In this document: piece after piece, positions 6,591-14,079 of the stretch | Layout: every line of letters begins with the position of its first letter | Numbering within the stretch: position 1 is the first letter of the stretch | From: an uncultured bacterium | GTDB taxonomy: Bacteria > Macinerneyibacteriota > Macinerneyibacteria > Macinerneyibacteriales > DSCS01 | Length of the DNA stretch: 17,506 bases | Assembly (NCBI GenBank): GCA_964548195.1 | Contig: CAZJQC010000026.1 | Location: 1-17,506, forward strand | Direction of reading: 5' to 3' | Position numbers and translations under genes: made by a program | The notes under the pieces: generated by a model | The model's input: the letters and a program-made list of their open reading frames with translations, nothing else | Database searches by the model: none | Told to the model about the DNA's origin: nothing

Positions 6591-7691
6591 ATGAGGAAGT
6601 GTTTTTATATTGCGGTGGTTGTGATATTGCTATACGGATGCGGCGGCGCCGCGGTGGAAAATGAAAAAATGGAGCTGGCCGGCGTATGGAATTCGGGCCA
6701 GTCCGTGCGGAATATACTCAGTGTGTCGGGTATTGACGACAAACGGGTGTATGTATGGGGCGAGGCCGGGGACAATTATGTGCTTAAGACCTTTGATTTA
6801 AGCGGGCGCATTGCGGGAGAGGCTGTTTACCGTAAAGGCAGGGGGCCCGGAGAACTTACATTTCCGGCGAAGGGCAGAAGGCTGAACGGACGGGTGTACA
6901 TATATGACTCCTATCTGAAAAGGATGAACATATACGATAAAAAAGGCGATATTGAATCCGATTTCATGGTGGATTCGGAAGATGTTATAAATGATTTTAT
7001 CATAACTGATGATTCGGTGATACTGCATGGCGTATTCAGAAAGAAATTTGTGAAAGTGTCGCTGGAGGACGGGCGCGTTATAAAGGAGACGGCATACGAG
7101 TATCCCCCTGACACTTCCGGAGACCGTATCGATATTGTGAACGGGATATTATGCAACGACCCCGAAAACAAAAGGTTTTTCATAGTATATCATGACCGGC
7201 CGCTGAGAGCGGAGGAATACGATTATGACCTGAGGCTCATAAGGACACATAAGCTGCCGCCTGACAGGGGGCGTGGAAAGTATTACTGGCAGAAGGAAAA
7301 GAATTACAACATACCGGTGGGCTATGACATGGCGCCGTCGGCGGCGTTTGGCGGCGGAAAGCTGTACATAGGCTCACCCGTGCTGAATATGTGGGAGGGC
7401 GGCCATTATTCGAGGGAGTTTCATGACAAATATGTGGTTGAATATGATCCGGACAGCGGAAGGGCGGCGCGTATATACAGCGAGGCAGTCGACGGGCTTA
7501 AGAACAGCTGTTCGCTGCTTGGCGTGGCTGACGGGCTGCTTGTGGGCTGTTGCCCCGTGAAGGACCTTGACGGAGGAAGCGCCGGCGAAAAGGGGCTTGC
7601 GGTGCTGGTGTTCAGGCTTTCGCCCGAACGGGATCCCGCAGGCGCGGGCGGCGCAGGTTTGACTTTTTCCGGACCCGGGGGCCTTGACTGA
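6591..7691 (+). CDS. Lipoprotein, 6-bladed beta-propeller-like (paralogue 4)
   Basis: AAGGAG RBS; lipobox LYGC; motif GRGPGEL...IYDSYLKRMNIYDKKGDI. Confidence 0.78.
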   Translation: MRKCFYIAVVVILLYGCGGAAVENEKMELAGVWNSGQSVRNILSVSGIDDKRVYVWGEAGDNYVLKTFDLSGRIAGEAVYRKGRGPGELTFPAKGRRLNGRVYIYDSYLKRMNIYDKKGDIESDFMVDSEDVINDFIITDDSVILHGVFRKKFVKVSLEDGRVIKETAYEYPPDTSGDRIDIVNGILCNDPENKRFFIVYHDRPLRAEEYDYDLRLIRTHKLPPDRGRGKYYWQKEKNYNIPVGYDMAPSAAFGGGKLYIGSPVLNMWEGGHYSREFHDKYVVEYDPDSGRAARIYSEAVDGLKNSCSLLGVADGLLVGCCPVKDLDGGSAGEKGLAVLVFRLSPERDPAGAGGAGLTFSGPGGLD

Positions 7692-7698
7692 ACAGGGA

Positions 7699-8865
7699 CT
7701 ATCCCGTGTGAAAGGATTTGTTCTGTTTCAGTGATTCCGTCAGTTTCGCCAGTGATTCGGTGCCCATGCGGACGCCGCTGGCTATGGCGAACTCCTGCCG
7801 CAGGCTTTTAAAGATCTTTTTGACCGTTGTGACCTTTCTGATAAGGTAGCCGTTTGAGCCGGTGAAGGCGAACCCGTATTCAAAAAGCCCTTTCTGGGCG
7901 TTTGTCAGGGCGCGGGCGATGCAGTAGGGAGCGGTCTTCACGTCGCATGTCTTAAGGCATTTCCACTGGCATTTAAGCGGTTTCTTATTGCCTGCCGATA
8001 CATCGCGCAGGAATTTGTTGTTGATCGCTCTGCCGGGAAGGCCGACGGGGCTTTTTATTATGGTGATGTTTTCCTTGCGGGCTTTGATGAACTGTTTTTT
8101 GAATTTTCTGCTGGCGTCGCATTCTTTAGTGGCTATAAAACGGGTGCCCATCTGTACCCCCGAAGCGCCGAGTTCAAGGAATTTGTCAATATCGGCGCCG
8201 TTGAAGATGCCGCCCGCGGCGATCACGGGAATGTCCTTGCCGAATTCCGAGATGAAGGGCTTTATTGTTGAAACGACTTCAGGCAGTATTTTTTCCAGCG
8301 CATAGGCGGGATCGTCTATCTGTTCGGATTTAAAACCCAGATGTCCGCCGGCCCTCGGCCCTTCCACGACAACCCCGTCGGGGATGTGGTCGTAATGTTT
8401 TTTCCAGTAGTCGAATATGAGTTTTGCGGCCCTTGCGGAAGACACGATGGGGAAGACTTTGACCGATGAGTTTTTGACTTGTTCGGCTGTCATGCCCTCG
8501 GGTATTTTAAGCGGCAGTCCGGCGCCCAGGAACAATATGTCTATTTTTTCCTCGTACGCAGTTCTGACCAGGTCGTCGAAGTCGGTGAGGGCGACCATGA
8601 CATTGAGGCCGATTATTCCTTTTGTCATGCTTCTGGCTTTGCGTATTTCATCTCTGAGGGCTGATATATTGTCTTCGCGTTTATAATTGTCCTTGTTTTT
8701 TTTAAGCAGTCCCAGGCCCACTGCGGATATGACTCCTATGCCGCCGTTATTGGCGACTGCCGAAGCCAGTCCGGCCAGGGAAATGCCTACGCCCATACCG
8801 CCTTGTATTACGGGCATGCGGGCTTTCAGGTTTCCGATCTTCAGTTCAGGCATTGTAAATTTCAT
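7699..8865 (-). CDS. Nitronate monooxygenase-family flavin oxidoreductase, FabX/UfaA-like subgroup
   Basis: PVIQGGMGVGIS, EGPRAGGHLG, PVIAAGGI and GVQMGTRF motifs; C-terminal Cx3Cx3Cx7C. AAGGAG lies 9 nt before ATG 8865. Confidence 0.88.
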   Translation of the reverse strand: MKFTMPELKIGNLKARMPVIQGGMGVGISLAGLASAVANNGGIGVISAVGLGLLKKNKDNYKREDNISALRDEIRKARSMTKGIIGLNVMVALTDFDDLVRTAYEEKIDILFLGAGLPLKIPEGMTAEQVKNSSVKVFPIVSSARAAKLIFDYWKKHYDHIPDGVVVEGPRAGGHLGFKSEQIDDPAYALEKILPEVVSTIKPFISEFGKDIPVIAAGGIFNGADIDKFLELGASGVQMGTRFIATKECDASRKFKKQFIKARKENITIIKSPVGLPGRAINNKFLRDVSAGNKKPLKCQWKCLKTCDVKTAPYCIARALTNAQKGLFEYGFAFTGSNGYLIRKVTTVKKIFKSLRQEFAIASGVRMGTESLAKLTESLKQNKSFHTG

Positions 8866-9238
8866 TTGTCTCATCTCCTTTGACGGCAGTCGGTTCAAGA
8901 TAATGTTTGTCTATTAATCCGTTGACTGTCTCCATTATCGGTATAATGGATTTGAATGTGAACTTTTCTATTAACTTTTCTCCGTTTTCTGTTATTGAAT
9001 AATATTTTCGCTTTGGGCCTTTATTGGAAATCATCCATTGGAATTCAACAAGTCTTTTTCTTTCCATCCGGTTCAGCACGTGGTATACGCTGCTGATCTG
9101 GAGATTCATCTTATCCGATAGTTTTCTGAAGATCTCATATCCGTACCCCGGCTGGTCTTTGACCATCAGAAGCACCAGATAGGATAAGAATCCCTTCTTG
9201 TATTCCCTGTCCCACACATTAAGCAAATCGTAATCCAT
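8846..9238 (-). CDS. PadR family transcriptional regulator
   Basis: KKGFLSYLVL...YGYEI...VYHVLNRME...GPKRKYYSITENG; GGGAGAG RBS; overlaps the start of the downstream gene. Confidence 0.93.
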   Translation of the reverse strand: MDYDLLNVWDREYKKGFLSYLVLLMVKDQPGYGYEIFRKLSDKMNLQISSVYHVLNRMERKRLVEFQWMISNKGPKRKYYSITENGEKLIEKFTFKSIIPIMETVNGLIDKHYLEPTAVKGDETNEIYNA

Positions 9239-9252
9239 GTCTCTCCCATACC

Positions 9253-9291
9253 ATATAATATGCTATAGTACAATGCACAATAGTATTATAT
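9253..9291. promoter_or_regulatory. Imperfect inverted repeat, candidate PadR operator
   Basis: CTATAGTACA-a-TGCACAATAG (9263-9283, 8/10 pairs) flanked by ATATAATA and TATTATAT; overlaps the -10 and start region. Confidence 0.55.
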
Positions 9292-9313
9292 TGTCGTTGG
9301 GTTTTGATGTCAA
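9285..9313 (-). promoter_or_regulatory. Consensus sigma70 promoter of the padR operon
   Basis: Minus strand TTGACA (9313-9308), 17-nt spacer, TATAAT (9290-9285). Confidence 0.85.
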
Positions 9314-9389
9314 CGGGAAAAAGGTTATTTATTCCGGGCGGAAAAATGCGTATAATATTAGAGGAAGATTTTTTAGCGGAGGTGGCGTT

Positions 9390-9863
9390 ATGATACACGG
9401 CAGCATGGAAAGACTTAGGGAATACCTGGAGGCGGTGCCGGGCGCGGTCGTCATAGAGGAGTTTTTAACAGCCTGTTACGAGGATGGCGTCGAATCCGGA
9501 AAATATGAACTGTCGGGTGATGAGGTCTTTGTGTCGGTCGAGGAATACGAGACCGTTGAGGAGGCTGACAAGAGATGGGAAGCGCATGAAAGGTATTTTG
9601 ACATCCAATGCATTATTTCGGGACGGGAGCGCATCGGTTTCGGCAGCTATGCGGACATGGAGCCTGTGACTGAGTATGACCCTGTATCGGATATCGCTTT
9701 TTACAGCGGAGAGGGTGTTTTTCAGCTTATGGAAAAGGGCGATTTTATGATACTGGCGCCGGGCGAGACCCACAAGCCGTGCGTGTCCGCGGAGCCGGGA
9801 AAGGCAGTCAAAGTAAAAAAAGCGGTCGTGAAAATAGACCGCGAATTATTTGAAACAAAATAG
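9390..9863 (+). CDS. YhcH/YjgK/YiaL family protein
   Basis: WEAHERYFDIQ, G.ERIG, YD..SDIAFY, PGETHKP and KKAVVK motifs; GGAGGT RBS before ATG 9390. Confidence 0.9.
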   Translation: MIHGSMERLREYLEAVPGAVVIEEFLTACYEDGVESGKYELSGDEVFVSVEEYETVEEADKRWEAHERYFDIQCIISGRERIGFGSYADMEPVTEYDPVSDIAFYSGEGVFQLMEKGDFMILAPGETHKPCVSAEPGKAVKVKKAVVKIDRELFETK

Positions 9864-9901
9864 CCTGAACGGTTGTATTATGGAAATGCGGAGGTGTTTC
9901 C

Positions 9902-10729
9902 ATGGACGAACACAGTAATGTTTTTGGGAAAAGCGCGAAATATTATGACATGGATGACCGTGAATCTATACGGGAGGATGTCGCTTTTTATCTGAAGGCC
10001 GCGGAAAAGATCGGGCGGAACATCGACATACTGGAGCTGGCCTGCGGCACGGGCAGGGTGTCCATACCCCTTGCGGAGGCGGGACATAATGTGGCCGGAC
10101 TGGACCTGAGCGGGGAGATGCTGGATGTGTTCCGGGAGAAGACGGGGTCTTTGGACAGGGAGACTGCAGGCAGGATAGAGATAGTGAAGGCGTCCATGAC
10201 GGATTTTTCCTTTAACAGAAAATTCGATCTTATTATCGTGCCGTTCAGGTCTTTTCAGGCGCTGGTCCGTGAAGAGGAGGTCATGAGCTGCCTTTTGACT
10301 GTGTACCGGCATCTTAAGTCCGGGGGCAGCTTTATAGTCGATGTATTCAACCCCTACAGGCGTCCTCTCGACTCCTCCTGGCTTTATCCGCGCACTCTGC
10401 TGTGGGAAAAGCGGGACTGCGGGAAGACCATACGCCGTTATCACCGCGGGGAGGGTATTGACACGGAAAAACAGGTCATCTATCCCGTGCTTGAGTTTGA
10501 GATAACGGACGCGGACGGAACCGTCGTGTCATATGAGGACAGGCTCGCGCTGAAGTATTATTACCCCGAACAGCTGCGGGAGATACTTGAGGGGGCGGGT
10601 TTTGAGATAATCGCCGCGGACGGCGACTACAAGGGCGGCATGATCGGTGACGGCTCCCCCGAGATCATCTATACATGCGGCAAGGTTACCGGCGCTGGCG
10701 GCCTTTCGTTTTATGTCATTGCCGTGTAA
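9902..10729 (+). CDS. Class I SAM-dependent methyltransferase
   Basis: ILELACGTGRV, GLDLSGEML, FDLIIVPFRSF and HLKSGGSFIVD motifs; GGAGGT RBS. Confidence 0.93.
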   Translation: MDEHSNVFGKSAKYYDMDDRESIREDVAFYLKAAEKIGRNIDILELACGTGRVSIPLAEAGHNVAGLDLSGEMLDVFREKTGSLDRETAGRIEIVKASMTDFSFNRKFDLIIVPFRSFQALVREEEVMSCLLTVYRHLKSGGSFIVDVFNPYRRPLDSSWLYPRTLLWEKRDCGKTIRRYHRGEGIDTEKQVIYPVLEFEITDADGTVVSYEDRLALKYYYPEQLREILEGAGFEIIAADGDYKGGMIGDGSPEIIYTCGKVTGAGGLSFYVIAV

Positions 10730-11312
10730 GGTATGTGTCTCCGTTCCAGCCGAAATACATGAGTATTTTTTCCGGCTCAAGAATTGCCATCTGATGGTAT
10801 GAATCCGCTTTTTTTGCCGCAAGATGATGTTCCTTAAGCGAGATCATCCGGCCCCTGATCAGCCCTGAGTATTCTGATATTTGTTTGCCGCGCGTGAATT
10901 TTTGGCCTGTAATCTCATTGTTTTTCTGGGTGAAGACGATCTTTCCGCCGTCCATGACCCACGTGCCGCTGATATCGAAAGAGCCTGCTTCAGGCTTTGT
11001 GTCCACGCGCACCCAGTCCTCGATGCTGTTCTCGCAAAGATGGCCGTCGTCCTCCCGTTTTATGCGTGTTTTCATACCGTTCTTATAGATGACTTCGCCG
11101 GTCTGGCCCTTGCAGTCAAGCACGCCGCTGTCCGTGCTCAGTTCTCCCCGGTAAAAGGACTCCTTGGTGAACTTGTAGCAGTCGCCCGACCTTGAGATCA
11201 AGACCTGGCCCTGCGTCTGGCGCACGACCCAGCATCCCGTGAAGTCCTCCGTGAAAGCTGCCGGAACCAGGACCAAGAGAATGAGAAGCATGATCAAAAA
11301 AAATCTTTTCAT
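10716..11312 (-). CDS. Secreted hypothetical protein with two related beta-rich segments
   Basis: Signal peptide MKRFFLIMLLILLVLVPAA; AAGGAG RBS; DFTGCW and DISGTW segments. Confidence 0.75.
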   Translation of the reverse strand: MKRFFLIMLLILLVLVPAAFTEDFTGCWVVRQTQGQVLISRSGDCYKFTKESFYRGELSTDSGVLDCKGQTGEVIYKNGMKTRIKREDDGHLCENSIEDWVRVDTKPEAGSFDISGTWVMDGGKIVFTQKNNEITGQKFTRGKQISEYSGLIRGRMISLKEHHLAAKKADSYHQMAILEPEKILMYFGWNGDTYLTRQ

Positions 11313-11416
11313 ACCATCTCCTTTCGGTATTACTTAAGAATACTATAACATGTGTTCTATTTCAATGGCCGGCGCGGACTGTTCCGGCAAAAATGTTATA
11401 AAAATACTGACATTAT

Positions 11417-11445
11417 TTGACCTTTATCCTTTTCAGCGGTATATT
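11417..11445 (+). promoter_or_regulatory. Sigma70-like promoter of the nitroreductase
   Basis: TTGACC (11417-11422), 17-nt spacer, TATATT (11440-11445). Confidence 0.6.
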
Positions 11446-11515
11446 TACACTGTGAGCACGCCGGATGGCATACGTTTCATCCGGCGGCTTGTGCGTAAAG
11501 GCAAGGGAGGCGATG

Positions 11516-12130
11516 ATGAAGGATTTGTCAGATATATACAGGGAAAGGCGTTCGGTGAACTTTTTTGATCCTTCGCGGGATCTTGACGAGGCGCTGCTCA
11601 AAAAGATAATAGACGCCGCCGTACTGGCGCCTTCGGCCTATAATCTACAGCCGTGGCGTATCATTGCGTTGCGCGGCGCGGACGCAAAGAAAAGGCTGCA
11701 CAGGCTGGCGTTCAAACAGCCTAAAATACTTGAGGCGCCGGTCACGCTGATACTGGCCGGAAACCGTAACGGCTGGAGCGCGGAAAATGACGCCTGGCCC
11801 GAGTTAAGGGGCATGATAGGGGCGGAAGGCACGGACGCGGCCGTCCGCGGAGCCGCCGCCTTATACGGCGCCGACGAAGAGAAAAGGATCAGGTTCGCCG
11901 AAAGCAACACGGCTCTGCTGGCGATGTCGATCATGTATGCCGCGAAATATTTTGGAGTGGACACGCATCCCATGAGCGGCATGGACGTGGCGGGTGTAAA
12001 CGCCGAGTTCGGACTGTCCCCCGATGAGTCGGCGGTGATGCTTCTTGCCATGGGCTATTACGACGCATCACGGCCATTGTATCCGAGACGGTCGAGAAAG
12101 GGTTATGCTGAAATAGTGACCATTGTCTGA
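11516..12130 (+). CDS. Nitroreductase family protein
   Basis: RRSVNFF, LAPSAYNLQPW, GVDTHPMSG and LLAMGY motifs; GGGAGG RBS at 11505-11510 (ATG 11513 or 11516). Confidence 0.93.
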   Translation: MKDLSDIYRERRSVNFFDPSRDLDEALLKKIIDAAVLAPSAYNLQPWRIIALRGADAKKRLHRLAFKQPKILEAPVTLILAGNRNGWSAENDAWPELRGMIGAEGTDAAVRGAAALYGADEEKRIRFAESNTALLAMSIMYAAKYFGVDTHPMSGMDVAGVNAEFGLSPDESAVMLLAMGYYDASRPLYPRRSRKGYAEIVTIV

Positions 12131-12197
12131 GCGGGAGGCGGCTGCCTGTAACGGAAGGTTAAGCGGGCATGTATAGCGTGATTTCGGGAGGTGGTTG

Positions 12198-12887
12198 ATG
12201 AAGGTATTGGGTTTGATCGGCGGAACGGGCTGGGTCTCCACCGCGGAATATTACCGGCAGCTCAATGAGGAGATCAACAGGAGGGAAGGCGGCCGCAGTT
12301 TCGCCAAATGCGTCATATGGTCCGTGGATTACGGAGAGGTCTACCGTTTCAAACAGGAAAAAGACACGGAACGTATATGTCAGATAATACTGGAGGCCGC
12401 CGCAAGGCTTGAGTCCGCCGGGGCGGACGCGCTGATGTTGTGCGCTAACACTCTCCATCAGTTTGCCGACAGGGTCTCGGCAGGGACGGACCTGCCGCTT
12501 ATACACATAGGGGATGCCGTGGGCCGCGACATATTAAAGCGGGAGATAAGCAAAGTGGGGCTCATAGGGACACGGCAGACGATGGAGATGGCGTTTTACA
12601 GAAGGCGGCTGAAGGACATGTGCATTGACACTGTAATACCCGGAGACGAGGACAGGGCATACATACAGTCCGTGATAGATGATGAGCTGATACACAATTA
12701 TTTCAGCGAGGCCTCAAGGGCGCGTTTCACGGAGATAATCGGCCGGCTTTACAGCGAAGGCGCTCAGGCCGTGGTGCTGGGCTGCACGGAGATCCCCCTG
12801 CTTGTCAAACAGGAGCATACGGATGTCCCCTTAATAGATTCTCTGAGCGCGCATGTCAGGGACGCCGCGGATTTCGCCCTGAAATAG
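12198..12887 (+). CDS. Aspartate/glutamate racemase family protein (YgeA-like)
   Basis: LGLIGGTGWVSTAEYYR, LCANTLH and VLGCTEIPL motifs; GGAGGT RBS. Confidence 0.92.
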   Translation: MKVLGLIGGTGWVSTAEYYRQLNEEINRREGGRSFAKCVIWSVDYGEVYRFKQEKDTERICQIILEAAARLESAGADALMLCANTLHQFADRVSAGTDLPLIHIGDAVGRDILKREISKVGLIGTRQTMEMAFYRRRLKDMCIDTVIPGDEDRAYIQSVIDDELIHNYFSEASRARFTEIIGRLYSEGAQAVVLGCTEIPLLVKQEHTDVPLIDSLSAHVRDAADFALK

Positions 12888-12913
12888 CATGTATTTTTTT
12901 CGTGGGAAGCGTC

Positions 12914-12940
12914 CGGGCGGGTTTTGAAAAAACCCGCCCG
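12914..12940. terminator. Hairpin between convergent genes (probable shared terminator)
   Basis: CGGGCGGGTTTT-gaa-AAAACCCGCCCG, 12-bp perfect stem. Confidence 0.75.
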
Positions 12941-12945
12941 CTCCG

Positions 12946-13926
12946 TCATCTGTCTTCCGGTATTTTTATGGCAAAGCGGCATCTGCTGTCGCCCGCCAGA
13001 ACCGATTCCGTCACGCGCACCTCTGTGTCGGCGTCGAATATGACGTCGAACAGATGTTTATTGAAGCCGCCGGAGCAATTGCACCATTTGGGGTCGATCT
13101 TCGCGGAGCCATCGATTATGGAAGACCTCGCGAATGCGCAGTGGCAGCCGTAATAGCGTTTTTTCACAGGGTCTTTTTCTTTCAGGTAATTTTCCGGGTC
13201 GTACGGGAATTTCGTCACAAAGATCTCGTCGCCTATGCGCACGCCGCCCAGGACTTCCGGATTGTCACTGACATATTTGACTATCTCCGGGGTGATCTTT
13301 GACTCGAACCATATCTTATCCTCTTCCATGTGATGCTGCAGTTCCTTTACTTTCCGGTCATGGTAGTCGATCAGATAGGCGTCTATGTCCTTTATCTCGT
13401 CAAAGCGCTTTTTTTCCAATGCTTTTCCCTCGGCGGAAAGGCCGTGATTGTTTCCGGCGAGTATTTTGCACGCAGTCTTGCCGTCCACGGCATCCGTAAG
13501 CTTTTTCATCATCTTTTCCACGGCAGGGGGATACATCTCGTACGGACTGCCCAGCGGCGGGATCTTCAGGCCGGAGAATACGCGGTCGGCTGTCTCCCTG
13601 TCGGCGAACCTTTCGGCGCGCGCCTTTATGTTTTCGAGTACGCCTATGGTGCCGGTCATGGTGAGAAAATATGTCACTATGCTTTTTTCATCCACGTAGG
13701 AGAAAAAACGCAGTACAGCGATTATGCGCGATAAAGCGTCTTCTTTGCCCGCTATGTGGTCGGTTGCAAACTTCCGGATCACATCCATGGGGTATTTCTC
13801 ATCGCCCTGATTATACTGGTCCAGATATTTATGGAGGTCATGGATTATGCCTAAATATTTGTCGGTCGTCTTTTCATCGTCCTTGTATTTCTTCAGAAAC
13901 TCCTTGAACCCGTCCATGTCATACAT
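12946..13926 (-). CDS. Protein with C-terminal Cys-rich V4R-like (DUF6144-like) domain
   Basis: GCHC...WCNCSGGFNKHLFDVIF...VRVTESVLAGDSRCRFAI; AAGGAGGG RBS. Confidence 0.7.
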   Translation of the reverse strand: MYDMDGFKEFLKKYKDDEKTTDKYLGIIHDLHKYLDQYNQGDEKYPMDVIRKFATDHIAGKEDALSRIIAVLRFFSYVDEKSIVTYFLTMTGTIGVLENIKARAERFADRETADRVFSGLKIPPLGSPYEMYPPAVEKMMKKLTDAVDGKTACKILAGNNHGLSAEGKALEKKRFDEIKDIDAYLIDYHDRKVKELQHHMEEDKIWFESKITPEIVKYVSDNPEVLGGVRIGDEIFVTKFPYDPENYLKEKDPVKKRYYGCHCAFARSSIIDGSAKIDPKWCNCSGGFNKHLFDVIFDADTEVRVTESVLAGDSRCRFAIKIPEDR

Positions 13927-13956
13927 AGTCCCCTCCTTCTTAATGTTCCACTTTAT

Positions 13957-13985
13957 ATGATAAATTTTAACGGGGTGATTGTCAA
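13957..13985 (-). promoter_or_regulatory. Sigma70-like promoter
   Basis: Minus strand TTGACA (13985-13980), 17-nt spacer, TATCAT (13962-13957). Confidence 0.7.
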
Positions 13986-14035
13986 GCGGGATATTTGAGT
14001 GAATCCCCGTTTGGCAAAAACGCGGAAACCCTTAT

Positions 14036-14072
14036 GGGAAAAGACGGGCCTTCTCTATCAAGGGAAGGCCCG
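14036..14072 (-). terminator. Rho-independent terminator of the minus-strand lipoprotein gene
   Basis: CGGGCCTTCTCT-atca-AGGGAAGGCCCG stem (one imperfect pair); TCTTTT follows on the minus strand. Confidence 0.75.
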
Positions 14073-14079
14073 CAGGAGG

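Noticed and set aside
7729..7761. Direct repeat CAGTGATTC at 21-bp period
   Set aside because: It encodes TESL twice in the flavoprotein tail; a small coding duplication.
9237..9389. N-terminal extensions in the ORF track (also 1672, 3877, 8898, 11465)
   Set aside because: They run through promoter or RBS regions; downstream ATGs have SD sequences and match family or signal-peptide starts.
11344..11400. Inverted repeat TATAACAT...ATGTTATA around a GCCGG/CCGGC stem
   Set aside because: Arms are short, AT-rich and 41 nt apart; compatible with chance in a divergent promoter region.
11460..11485. GCCGGATG...CATCCGGC as an enterobacterial REP element
   Set aside because: Single copy, no GTAG/CTAC end and no associated transposase; kept only as a leader hairpin.
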